Counted from the first letter of the stretch, positions 32,290 through 41,071 are shown. The stretch is 64,000 nucleotides of DNA from Pseudomonadota bacterium (GCA_021325135.1 JAJPHT010000020.1:23377-87376), one strand, 5' to 3'. Notes: generated by a model from the sequence alone, not told the origin. Numbers and translations: made by a program.

Positions 32290-32404
32290 GGTCAAGGGTC
32301 CAAAGAACGCGACGAGCGCCACGAGCGCAAAGGGCGCGACGACGAAAGACACCGTGGCGACCTTGGCGCTCTTTGCGCTCATCGCGTTCTTTGGACCCTT
32401 GACC
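32290..32404. mobile_element. MITE-like palindromic element, copy 1 (115 bp)
   Basis: GGTCAAGGGTCCAAAGAACGCGA...TCGCGTTCTTTGGACCCTTGACC. The outer 23 bp of the arms are perfect inverted repeats and the arms are ~85% complementary over ~45 bp. About 90% identical to the element at 36357-36465. Confidence 0.7.
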
Positions 32405-32424
32405 GAGGAGATGCCCCTAAGGGG

Positions 32425-32706
32425 TCACGCCACGCCGGGGTCCCACCCAGGCGCGGCGGCCGCGGGGGCGCTCTTCGGGGCTCGGGGAAGCGCCTTGACC
32501 AGCGTGATCTCGCTGATGGCGGTGAGGGGGAAAAGGCGCACTTCGGCCTTCTGGTCGTCCTCCAGGACGAGGTGCTCGGAGGTGCCCACGCTCTGGACGC
32601 CGGCGAAGCGGCCTTCGTCGGTGACCTTCTGGACCACGCCGTCCACGAGGTAGCGGCGCTCGATCCGAAGCACGTCGCCCAGCACGAGGGTGATCTCCTG
32701 GCTCAT
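32425..32706 (-). CDS. small hypothetical protein
   Basis: 93-aa ORF immediately downstream of the histidine kinase gene. Beta-rich N-terminal domain and Pro/Ala tail. Confidence 0.45.
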   Translation of the reverse strand: MSQEITLVLGDVLRIERRYLVDGVVQKVTDEGRFAGVQSVGTSEHLVLEDDQKAEVRLFPLTAISEITLVKALPRAPKSAPAAAAPGWDPGVA

Positions 32707-32733
32707 GCTCCCCGTGTCGGCGCGCGGATCGTA

Positions 32734-34845
32734 TCATAGGCTGCGGCTCGTCCGCTCGCCCGGAGGCCCCCCGGGGACCTGGGAACCCGCGGGGAGCGTG
32801 AACCGGAACGTGGACCCGCGCCCGGTCCCCTGGCTCTCGCAGCCGATCTGCCCGCCGTGGGACTCCACGATCCCCTTGGCGACGTAGAGGCCCAGCCCCG
32901 CGCCGGAGCGCGTCTTGTCCATGTGGTCGTGGAGCTGGCTGAAGGGCTTGAAGAGGCGCCCGATGTCGTCGGCCGCGATGCCGGCGCCCGTGTCGGCCAC
33001 CTCCACGCACGCGCTCCCGTCGCGCATCCTCACGGAGACGAGGACGCGCCCCCCGGCGGGCGTGAACTTCAGGGCGTTGCGGATGAGGTTGAACAGCACC
33101 TGCGTGATGCGGGGCGCGTCGGCGGGCACGACCGCGGCCTCTCCTTCCAGGTCGAGGGAGATGCCCTCCTGGAGCGCGGCCTCGTGGAACGACTCCACGG
33201 CCTCCTCCGCGAGGCGGCGCACGTCGGTGGGCGCGGGGCGCACGTCGAGGCGCCCCGACTGCACGCGCGCCGAGTCGATGACGTCGCGCAGCAGAAGGCC
33301 AAGCTGGTCCACGTTGCGCGAGAGCACCGAGACGCTGGTGCGCTGGCGGTCGGAGAGGGGCCCCAGCTTCTCGGAGCGGAGCATGTGCGCCTGGAGCTTG
33401 ATGGGCGTGAGCGGCGTGCCGAGCTCGTGGGCGGCGTTGTTGATGAACTGCGTCTTGATGCGGTCGATCTCGCGGAGGCGCTCGTTCATGGACTGCAGCT
33501 CGCGCTGCTCGGCCAGGGCGCGCTCGGTGCGGCGCCGCTCGGTCACGTCGCGGAAGCTCCACACGCGGCCGATGACGTCGTCGCCCACGCGCTGGGGCTG
33601 CGAGTAGCGCTCGAAGGTGCGCCCGTCGCGGAACTCCAGCACGTCGAAGCTCGCCGTCTCGCGGTCCTGGTAGAGGTCGTCCACCTTGGCGCGGAAGCCG
33701 GAGGGGTCGAGGAGCTGGTCCTGCACGTAGGAGAGGGCGCGCGCGTCCTCGCCCGCCTCCAGGATGGACATGGGGATGCCCCACATCTCGACGAACTTCT
33801 TGTTGAAGCCCGCGATCTTGCCCCCCTGGTCGACGACGAGGATGCCGTCGGTGGTGGACTCCAGCGTCGCGGTGAGGGTGGAGACGGCGCGGCGCAGCGC
33901 CTCCTCGGCGCGCTTGCGCTCGGTGACGTCGCGCAGCGTGATGACGGTCCCGATGATGGCGTCGTTGTTGCGGATGGGCGTGCGCTCGATCTCCACGGGG
34001 ACCTGGGCGCCGTCCTTGCGGCGCACGTGCACGGGCGCGTCGCTCACCAGGTGGGGCCCGCGGGGCAGCCAGGCAAGCTCCAGGGGCGCCGCGCCGTCGC
34101 TGGTCTGGATGAGCGCGTCGATGCTCTTGCCCTGGAGGTCGCCCACGGCGTGCTGCGTCATGGCGGCCGCGGCGGGGTTGGCGAACGTCACGAGGCCGTC
34201 GAGGTCCAGGCCGATGATGCCCTCGCCCGCGGAGTCCAGCACGAGCGCCGTGCGGCGGCGCGCCGTCTCCGCGACCTTCCACCCCATGAGGAGCGCGACG
34301 CTCTCGCCCAACACGAGGGAGGCGTGGATGAGCGCCCACTTCCAGGGGTGCGCGTAGGCGTCTCCGTGGTTGTAGACGAGGGTGGGGAAGAGCGTCCCGA
34401 TGATGCCGTGGTCCAGCGCGACGTAGGCGATGGCCAGGAGGAAGGGGATCCAGTCCTGGTAGAGCGCGATCACGGCCAGCACGACGAAGAAGTGGAAGTG
34501 CGCCTCGATGTAGCCCCCGGAGAACTGGACGATCATCGCCGAGGAGGTCACGAGGGCGAGGGCCGCGACCGCGCCCCGGAAGCGGCGCCGGGCGCCCGGC
34601 CACGACGCGACGAGGCCGATGGCGCCCACCAGCGCGCCCTCCGCCAGCGCGAGCGCGGGGAGGACGCCCATGTAGAGGCCGAAGGCGGCGACGCCCGCGG
34701 CGTGGCCGTAGATCACGAAGAGGATCGCGCGGTGCCTCGCCCTCCACTCGTCCTCGGGCAGCTCGCGCCCTTCGGGCAGCGCGCGGCGCAGGGCGTCCGA
34801 GAGGCGGGCGGCGAAGGGGCTGCCGGCGGGGAGGGCGCTGGACAC
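32734..34845 (-). CDS. membrane sensor histidine kinase with tandem PAS domains
   Basis: N-terminal multi-TM region, three PAS-like blocks, HisKA (NNAAHELGTPLTPI), and HATPase_c (N-box NLIRNALKF, G-boxes DTGAGI, GLGLYV). GTG start with GGAGGAG upstream. Confidence 0.85.
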   Translation of the reverse strand: MSSALPAGSPFAARLSDALRRALPEGRELPEDEWRARHRAILFVIYGHAAGVAAFGLYMGVLPALALAEGALVGAIGLVASWPGARRRFRGAVAALALVTSSAMIVQFSGGYIEAHFHFFVVLAVIALYQDWIPFLLAIAYVALDHGIIGTLFPTLVYNHGDAYAHPWKWALIHASLVLGESVALLMGWKVAETARRRTALVLDSAGEGIIGLDLDGLVTFANPAAAAMTQHAVGDLQGKSIDALIQTSDGAAPLELAWLPRGPHLVSDAPVHVRRKDGAQVPVEIERTPIRNNDAIIGTVITLRDVTERKRAEEALRRAVSTLTATLESTTDGILVVDQGGKIAGFNKKFVEMWGIPMSILEAGEDARALSYVQDQLLDPSGFRAKVDDLYQDRETASFDVLEFRDGRTFERYSQPQRVGDDVIGRVWSFRDVTERRRTERALAEQRELQSMNERLREIDRIKTQFINNAAHELGTPLTPIKLQAHMLRSEKLGPLSDRQRTSVSVLSRNVDQLGLLLRDVIDSARVQSGRLDVRPAPTDVRRLAEEAVESFHEAALQEGISLDLEGEAAVVPADAPRITQVLFNLIRNALKFTPAGGRVLVSVRMRDGSACVEVADTGAGIAADDIGRLFKPFSQLHDHMDKTRSGAGLGLYVAKGIVESHGGQIGCESQGTGRGSTFRFTLPAGSQVPGGPPGERTSRSL

Positions 34846-34937
34846 GGTCGTCTCCTCCCCCCATGGTCTGGGGACCCGACCTTAAGGAGTGGGATACGGA
34901 CGGAAGAGACGGGGCGTTCGGACCCGTCGCAAGGGGG

Positions 34938-35387
34938 ATGCGCCACCCCGCCCGTGCCCCCGCCATGAGGGCCTTGGAGCGGGCGGCCGGGGGGCTCTCC
35001 CTCTTCGCGGGGCTCGTCCACGCCGACCTGGGGCCCGCCCACTTCCGCGTCTGGTGGGGCTACGGCCTCTTCTTCGCCGTCGCCGCCCTTGCGCAACTTC
35101 TCCTGGGGCTGGCGCTCCTCCTGGACGCCCTCGACCCCGCCCGCCTGGGGCCCTCCCTGCCGAGGCTGAAGCGCGCGATGTACGCCTCGGGCATCGTGGG
35201 GAACGCGCTCCTCATCGGCCTCTATGTCCTCACGCGCACGTGGGGCATCCCCCTCTTCGGGCCCGCGGCGGGGGGCATCGAGCGCGTGGCGCCGCTGGAC
35301 GTCGCGACGGAGATCGCGCAGGCGGGGACCATCGCGCTCCTTGCGACGCTCCTCGCGAGGACCCCCAAGGGTTATGCGGCGCGCTGA
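34938..35387 (+). CDS. integral membrane protein (hypothetical)
   Basis: About 4 TM segments. The start is ambiguous (34863, 34938 or 34965). Confidence 0.5.
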   Translation: MRHPARAPAMRALERAAGGLSLFAGLVHADLGPAHFRVWWGYGLFFAVAALAQLLLGLALLLDALDPARLGPSLPRLKRAMYASGIVGNALLIGLYVLTRTWGIPLFGPAAGGIERVAPLDVATEIAQAGTIALLATLLARTPKGYAAR

Positions 35388-35401
35388 GGGTGCGCGGCGC
35401 C

Positions 35402-36343
35402 ATGGCGCTCCTCCCGGTGGGGTGGGTCCCGAAGCTGGAGCTGCTCGTCATCGCCGCGGGCCTCGCCTACGTCCTGCGCCCCGCTGTGCCCAAGGCCTAC
35501 GCGCTGGGCATCCTCATGCTCGCCGTCTACGCGCTGGACGTCGTGGGCGGCCTGCTGGGCCAGGGGAGCGTCACGCCGGAGCTTGGCTTCCGCGCGGACC
35601 GCCTCCTCCACGGCGACGCGTGGTGGACGCCCGTCACCGCGATGTTCGTCCACGCCGGGCTCGCCCACCTCGTGGGCAACCTGTTCATCCTCCTCACCGC
35701 GGGCCCCGCGCTGGAGGACCGCGTCGGCGAGCGCAAGTTCCTCGTCATCTTCTTCGCCGCCGGCCTCGCCGGCTTCGCCGCGCACGCGATCCTGGCGTAC
35801 ACGACGACCATCGTCACGCCCGGAGAGCTGGCCGTGGGCGCGTCGGGCGCCATCTTCGGCGTGCTCACCGCCTTCGCGCTGCGCCACCCGCGGGAGCGCC
35901 TGCCGCTGATCATGCTCTTCGTGCTCTGGCTCCCCGCCATCGCGGTCCTGGGCATCTACCTCGTCTACAACGTCGCGCTCATGTTCCTGGACAGCGGCGT
36001 CGCGTGGTGGGGCCACTTCGCCGGCTTCCTCGTGGGCATGGCCTTCGCGTACACGCTCCCCCGCGTCGACCCGCGCTCGCCCGTGGGGCGCAGGCCCCGC
36101 GTGGACGCCGAGAAGCTGGCGCCCTACGCCACGACGCCCGAGACCCGCCGCATCGTCGAGCAGGTGCGCACGCTGAGCACCGGCACGCCCACCAAGGACG
36201 ACGCCGTCTTCGCCGACGCCTGGGTGGATCGCTTCTTCTCCAAGGCCACCTGCCCCCAGGGGCACGCCTTCACGCGCTCCGGGACGCACGCCACCTGCTC
36301 TGGAGGCGAGACGACGGTGGAGTTCGCGCGGGCCGCGAAATGA
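35402..36343 (+). CDS. rhomboid-family intramembrane serine protease with C-terminal soluble extension
   Basis: HAGLAHLVGN, catalytic GASGAIFG and WWGHFAGF motifs. A ~100-aa tail contains a CPQGH...H.TC cluster. Confidence 0.8.
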   Translation: MALLPVGWVPKLELLVIAAGLAYVLRPAVPKAYALGILMLAVYALDVVGGLLGQGSVTPELGFRADRLLHGDAWWTPVTAMFVHAGLAHLVGNLFILLTAGPALEDRVGERKFLVIFFAAGLAGFAAHAILAYTTTIVTPGELAVGASGAIFGVLTAFALRHPRERLPLIMLFVLWLPAIAVLGIYLVYNVALMFLDSGVAWWGHFAGFLVGMAFAYTLPRVDPRSPVGRRPRVDAEKLAPYATTPETRRIVEQVRTLSTGTPTKDDAVFADAWVDRFFSKATCPQGHAFTRSGTHATCSGGETTVEFARAAK

Positions 36344-36356
36344 TATCTCCATTCGC

Positions 36357-36465
36357 CCAGGGTCCAAAGAACGCGATGAGCGCGAAGAGCGCAAAGGACG
36401 CGACGACGAAAGGAACCCTCGCGACCTTGGCGCTCTTCGCGCTCATCGCGTTCTTTGGACCCTGG
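36357..36465. mobile_element. MITE-like palindromic element, copy 2 (109 bp)
   Basis: Perfect 36-bp terminal inverted repeats CCAGGGTCCAAAGAACGCGATGAGCGCGAAGAGCGC around a 37-nt centre. Fills the spacer between the convergent rhomboid and flavoprotein genes. Confidence 0.75.
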
Positions 36466-36478
36466 ACCAGAGCAGTCA

Positions 36479-36991
36479 TCACCGCCGCTGCGCCGCCAGG
36501 TAGTCCACCACGCGGGAAGCCAGAGCCCGCGCGTCCCGCGTCGCCTTGAGGTCCATGAGGATCTCGCCCTCGCGCGCGGCGCGGCCCACGACGTACCCGA
36601 CGAAGGCCATGCGGTGGACGGCGAAGAAGTGGGCGAGACCCATGCAGGCCAGCTCGCCGCCGCTCTCGGACTCCACCGCGAGGGCCGCGCCGACCTTGCC
36701 TTCGAACGCGCCGCGCCGGGCGTCCTCCCACGTCGCGTCCAGGAGGGCCTTGAGGCGCGCGGCGGGCATGCCGAAGTGGCTGGGCGTCCCCAGGAGGATC
36801 GCGTCGGCCTCGCGCATCTTGGCCGTGATGATATCAAAGGCGTCCGTATTGCGCCGGCCGGGCGCGCCGTAGTCCGCCAGCGCGACGAGGTCCACCTGCG
36901 CGCGGCCGCGCACGGCCTTCAGCGCCTCGTCCAGGAGGACCGTGGTGTTGCCCTTCGCCCGGGGGCTGCCGGAGATCGCCAGGACCCTCAT
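36479..36991 (-). CDS. NADPH-dependent FMN reductase / flavodoxin-like fold protein
   Basis: MRVLAISGSPRAKGNT...ILLGTPSHFG is typical of the FMN_red family. The start overlaps the nadE stop (ATGA). Confidence 0.75.
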   Translation of the reverse strand: MRVLAISGSPRAKGNTTVLLDEALKAVRGRAQVDLVALADYGAPGRRNTDAFDIITAKMREADAILLGTPSHFGMPAARLKALLDATWEDARRGAFEGKVGAALAVESESGGELACMGLAHFFAVHRMAFVGYVVGRAAREGEILMDLKATRDARALASRVVDYLAAQRR

Positions 36992-37809
36992 CCCTGCGCC
37001 CTCCTGCGGGGCTCGCGCCAGTCCCAGCCCGGCGTGCGGAAGCCCATCTTGGGGATCACAAGGGGGTTGCGCTTGTGGGCGCCCGCGAGGATGCGACGCT
37101 CCACGGCGCGCACGGTCTCCAGGGGCATGCCGCTCCTGCGCGCGACGGTGGCGGCGTCGTGCCCGCCCTCGAACTCCGCCAGCACGCGGTCCAGGTCCGC
37201 GTAGCGGATGCCCATCTCGCCCTCGTCGGTCTGGCCGGCGAAGAGGCCCGCCGTGGGGGGCTTCTCCACGATGGCGTCGGGAATCCCGACGTGCCGCGCC
37301 AGGGCCCACACCTCGGTCTTGTAGAGGTCGCCAATGGGGTACACGTCCGCCGCGCCGTCGCCCCACTTGGTGAAGTAGCCCGTGAGAAGCTCGCTCTTGT
37401 TGCCCGTGCCCAGCACGAGGCGGCCCGTGGCCGCGGCGTGCGCGTAGAGGACCAGCATCCTCGCGCGGGGCCTCACGTTGTGCGCGCCCATGCCCGTGGG
37501 CCGATGCGCGGGGCACGCCTCCTCCACCGCCGAGACGATGCGGGTGATCTCGACGCGCTCGTGGGGGATGCCCAGGTGGCGGCAGACCATCTCGCCGTGC
37601 GCCGCGTCCTGCGGGTCCGACGTCGCGTGGGGCAGCAGAAGGCCCAGCACGCGCTCCGCCCCCACGGCCTCCTTGGCGAGCGCCGCCACCAGCGCGCTGT
37701 CGATGCCGCCCGAGACGCCCAGGACGTATCCCGAGGCGCCCGCCTCCTCGCCATACGTGCGGAGGAAGTCCACGAGCTGCCGCCGCGCGGCCTCGGGGTC
37801 GAACGCCAT
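36988..37809 (-). CDS. nadE: NH3-dependent NAD+ synthetase
   Basis: GVSGGIDSALVAAL PP-loop, GTGNKSELLTGYFTKWGDG, and DLYKTEV motifs. Confidence 0.85.
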   Translation of the reverse strand: MAFDPEAARRQLVDFLRTYGEEAGASGYVLGVSGGIDSALVAALAKEAVGAERVLGLLLPHATSDPQDAAHGEMVCRHLGIPHERVEITRIVSAVEEACPAHRPTGMGAHNVRPRARMLVLYAHAAATGRLVLGTGNKSELLTGYFTKWGDGAADVYPIGDLYKTEVWALARHVGIPDAIVEKPPTAGLFAGQTDEGEMGIRYADLDRVLAEFEGGHDAATVARRSGMPLETVRAVERRILAGAHKRNPLVIPKMGFRTPGWDWREPRRRAQG

Positions 37810-37948
37810 CGGGCGGCCATCCTGGGGGCGCGGGAAAAGGGTTCCTCCCCGGGGGCCGGCCCCTTCGGCCCGCCAGGAGGGCCCTCCATTGGAAGCATCC
37901 ACGCACATCCTGAAACGTCGCCGGGTCCATGCGAGGCCTGACCAAAGC

Positions 37949-39046
37949 ATGGCCGACCCGATCTTCACGGTGCTCGCCGTCCTCATCGTCATCGCCCTCC
38001 TGGTGCTCGCCCTCAGCGGCATCCGCATCGTGCAGCCCTACGAGCAGGGGCTCTGGATCGTGCTGGGCAAGTTCCGCGGCAAGCTGAACCCCGGCTTCAA
38101 CTGGGTCTACCCGCTGGTCTCCCAGGTGGTGAAGCTCGACCTGCGCACGCAGGTCCTCGAGGTGCCGCGCCAGGAGGTCATCACCAAGGACAACTCGCCC
38201 ACCAACGTGGACGCCATCGTGTACCTGCGCGTGCTCACGCCCGACAAGGCGTTCTTCGAGGTCACGGACTACCGGCACGCCACCATCGCGCTGGCGCAGA
38301 CGACGCTGCGCAGCATCATCGGCGACATGGACCTCGACGAGGTGCTCTACAACCGCGAGCGCATCAACACGCGCCTGCGCGACATCCTCGACGAGGCGAC
38401 CAGCAACTGGGGCGTCAAGGTGGAGAGCGTCGAGATCCGCGAGGTCGACCCCGTCGGCCGCGTCAAGACCGCCATGGAGGAGCAGACCTCCGCCGAGCGT
38501 GAGCGACGCGCGGCCATCCTGCGCGCGGACGGCGAGAAGCGCGCCAAGATCCTCACCGCCGAAGGCGACAAGAGGAGCCGCATCCTCCAGGCGGAGGGCG
38601 TGCGCCAGGCGAAGGTCCTGGAGGCCGAAGGCACGCGCGTCGCGCAGATCCTGGAGCGCCAGGGCCAGGCGCAGGGCCTCCGCATCCTCGCGCTTGGCGG
38701 CGCCACGCTGGACCAGAAGAGCCTCACCGTCCTCTCGCTGGACGCGCTCACCTCCCTGGGCGAAGGGCAGGCCACCAAGATCGTGCTCCCCTTCGAGGTC
38801 TCCACGCTGCTCAAGAACGCCAGCGAGTACGTGAAGGGCGGCGCGCAGGAGCCGCCGCGCCAGCCCAGCGACGTGCGCCAGCTGGAAGGCATCATCGGCG
38901 AGGCCGACAAGGTGCTGGGCCGCATCCCCAGCCCCGACGAGCTGACCAAGGAGCTCTCCGTCATCGAGAAGGAGATCGAGGACGAGACCAAGAGCGCCGA
39001 GGACATGGCCAACGCCACCAAGGGGAAGTCGCCTCCCCCCGCCTGA
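37949..39046 (+). CDS. SPFH/band-7 (stomatin/prohibitin-like) membrane protein
   Basis: N-terminal TM, an SPFH core (ITKDNSPTNVDAIVYLRV...LRSIIGDMDLDEVL) and a long coiled-coil tail. Confidence 0.85.
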   Translation: MADPIFTVLAVLIVIALLVLALSGIRIVQPYEQGLWIVLGKFRGKLNPGFNWVYPLVSQVVKLDLRTQVLEVPRQEVITKDNSPTNVDAIVYLRVLTPDKAFFEVTDYRHATIALAQTTLRSIIGDMDLDEVLYNRERINTRLRDILDEATSNWGVKVESVEIREVDPVGRVKTAMEEQTSAERERRAAILRADGEKRAKILTAEGDKRSRILQAEGVRQAKVLEAEGTRVAQILERQGQAQGLRILALGGATLDQKSLTVLSLDALTSLGEGQATKIVLPFEVSTLLKNASEYVKGGAQEPPRQPSDVRQLEGIIGEADKVLGRIPSPDELTKELSVIEKEIEDETKSAEDMANATKGKSPPPA

Positions 39047-39057
39047 CCTCCCGAGCC

Positions 39058-39109
39058 CGGGTCGCATCATCTCCACCTAACACCGTTCCCCCGGGAGACG
39101 ATGCGGCCC
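39058..39109 (+). terminator. hairpin downstream of the SPFH gene
   Basis: CCGGGTCGCATCATCTCC / GGAGACGATGCGGCCCG pair at 15 of 17 positions with an 18-nt loop, starting 12 nt after the stop codon. Confidence 0.35.
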
Positions 39110-39207
39110 GCGGGCGGCCTCCAGGCGGAGGTCCTCTCTTCTGTAAGTCATTCTTCACAGGAATCCTCCGAAAATGGCTTTCCACCACCATCGTTGGTGG
39201 AGCGCGC

Positions 39208-39615
39208 ATGGCCATGTCCCGAAGCCTGGTTTCCGTCGGTCTGAGCCTCTTCGCCCTCCTCGCCACGGCCCTCCCCGCGGGCTCCGCCCTGGGCCACGTG
39301 CCCAGCCAGATCTCCGTCCACCTGCAAGGGGTCGCCAACTGCAACCTTTGCAGCTTCGACGTCCACACGTGGACCTTCGACTACGACGGCGCCAACGGCG
39401 GCTGCACGAGCGAGGTCCACCTCGACGACAACGGCGTCGACGTCCCCTCGGACCCCGTCTGCGTGTACGTCACCGAGACGGCCATCACCATCACGGGCAA
39501 CGGGGCCCACCTGGGCGGCGCGGGCGATGGCGAGGACGCCGGGGCCTTCGAGGTCTCGGGCGAGATCTGGGGCCAGCTCTCCGTGGGCGGCGGTCTCGTC
39601 ACCGACGACGCCTAG
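39208..39615 (+). CDS. small secreted protein (hypothetical)
   Basis: MAMSRSLVSVGLSLFALLATALPAGSALG signal peptide, 4 Cys, acidic Gly-rich C-terminus, no C-terminal TM sorting signal. Confidence 0.5.
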   Translation: MAMSRSLVSVGLSLFALLATALPAGSALGHVPSQISVHLQGVANCNLCSFDVHTWTFDYDGANGGCTSEVHLDDNGVDVPSDPVCVYVTETAITITGNGAHLGGAGDGEDAGAFEVSGEIWGQLSVGGGLVTDDA

Positions 39616-39691
39616 GCGCAGGCGAGGGCGCCCCGCGTCCCACAGCCTATCGCAAAGCCTTATGTAGGGTCCTGGGCTCCTTTTCGCTCCG

Positions 39692-40603
39692 ATGGGCCTG
39701 GATTCTCCAGTGGTGCAAGCCCTCCTTCTGGCGGTCGTCTGGGCGGGCATCGGCCTCCTGGCCCTGGGCTACTTCTGGAAGGACAAGCGCAGCCACCTGC
39801 TGCGGGCGTGGGGCTGGGTCCTCTTCGCCTCGTACTGGCCCTTCCAGGCGCCGCACTTCTTCGGCGGCGACGAGCCCGACCCCATCAACGGCTGGTTCAC
39901 GCTGCTGGGCCCGCTCTTTCTGCTTTGGGTCGCGTGGCACGAGTGGCGCTCCTACGCGTGGGACGAGGACCCTGCCGCGCTGCGCTGGTTCGCCGGCGCC
40001 TCCGCCGTCTCGGCGGCCACGTACTTCGTCATCTTCCAGATCCCCGGCGTGCAGAATTGGATCATGCAGGGCACCGCGCAGCAAAGCGCGTGGCTCTACA
40101 ACGTCCTCTTCAGCCACGCCAGCGGACACGTCGCCTACGTCCCCACCTCCAGCCTTTCCCCCGACGGCTACGACATCATGCTCACGGGCGACGGCAGCCC
40201 CTACGCCGTCACGGTCGTCCTGGCATGCACGGCCATCCAGAGCATGATGATCTTCGTGGGCGCCATCGCGTGCCTCGCCGCCGACACGCGCCGCAAGATG
40301 TGGGGCTACCTCATGACGGTGCCCACCATCTACTTCCTCAATCTCTTCCGCAACGCGGGCATCATCTACGGCTACCACGACCTGCATTGGAGCATGTTCG
40401 GCCTGGAGCCCTTCGAGTGGATGCACTCCTACGTGGGCAAGATCGGCTCGCTGCTGGCGCTTGTGGTGATCGCGCTGGGCGTCTTCGCGACGCTCCCCGA
40501 GCTCCACAGCAACATCCTCGACCTCTTCGACCTCAGGAAGAGGAACAAGCCCGGCTTTTTCAAGCAGCCGCCCAAGGAGCAGGCTCCCGCGCCCGAGGCG
40601 TAA
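39692..40603 (+). CDS. archaeosortase (exosortase/archaeosortase family transpeptidase)
   Basis: Polytopic protein with the family's catalytic Cys context (VVLACTAIQSM), the conserved Arg in NLFRNAG, and a downstream His (WMHSYVGK). Subfamily not assignable by eye. Confidence 0.75.
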   Translation: MGLDSPVVQALLLAVVWAGIGLLALGYFWKDKRSHLLRAWGWVLFASYWPFQAPHFFGGDEPDPINGWFTLLGPLFLLWVAWHEWRSYAWDEDPAALRWFAGASAVSAATYFVIFQIPGVQNWIMQGTAQQSAWLYNVLFSHASGHVAYVPTSSLSPDGYDIMLTGDGSPYAVTVVLACTAIQSMMIFVGAIACLAADTRRKMWGYLMTVPTIYFLNLFRNAGIIYGYHDLHWSMFGLEPFEWMHSYVGKIGSLLALVVIALGVFATLPELHSNILDLFDLRKRNKPGFFKQPPKEQAPAPEA

Positions 40604-40609
40604 CGGGCC

Positions 40610-41071
40610 TCACGCGTGGTGCGCCGGCTCCACGACCAGGATGATCCCCTCGACGCCGGTCACGCGCACGCGGGTGTGGGGCGCGATGGCGGGGCCGCGG
40701 GTGATGGCGCTCCACGTCTCCTGGTGGATCTTCACCTTGCCGCGGGGCGCGTCGTGGGTCACGGGGACGGTGACGAGCCCTTCGAGGCCCACAAGGGAAT
40801 CGGCGGACTTCGTGGTGGGCGCCTTGTCGGGGGTCGCCATGCGGCGGTACACGAGGATCGTGATGACGGTGGCGGGAACGCCCGTGGCGATGGCGATGAG
40901 GGGCGCGTAGACGGTGAAGAGGTCGAAGGGCACGATGAGCTCGCAGGCGCCCAGGATGACCAGGATCGTCGCGGGCACGGCGATGAAGAAGCCCGGGATG
41001 AGGGCCTCCAGGATGAACATCACGACGCCCAGGGAGACGAGGCCGTAGCCGATCAGCGTCGGGTCGACCAT
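40610..41071 (-). CDS. NfeD-family membrane protein (short form, TM plus OB-fold)
   Basis: Three N-terminal TM helices and a C-terminal beta domain (GKVKIHQETWSA...VRVTGVEG) typical of the NfeD C-terminal OB domain. Confidence 0.75.
   Translation of the reverse strand: MVDPTLIGYGLVSLGVVMFILEALIPGFFIAVPATILVILGACELIVPFDLFTVYAPLIAIATGVPATVITILVYRRMATPDKAPTTKSADSLVGLEGLVTVPVTHDAPRGKVKIHQETWSAITRGPAIAPHTRVRVTGVEGIILVVEPAHHA

Noticed and set aside
32288-32653. Track ORFs running through the MITE-like elements (32288..32653 +, 32194..32382 -, 36270..36731 -, 36124..36837 -), which encode GPKNA.SAKSAK...LALFALIAFFGP peptides.
   Set aside because: Both strands give near-identical peptides, which is a direct consequence of the palindrome. 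The ORFs overlap better-supported convergent genes and have no independent start signals.
39208-39615. The secreted protein next to the archaeosortase as its PGF-CTERM-type substrate.
   Set aside because: Its C-terminus (…GQLSVGGGLVTDDA) has no hydrophobic helix or basic tail. The same is true of all other secreted proteins in the window.
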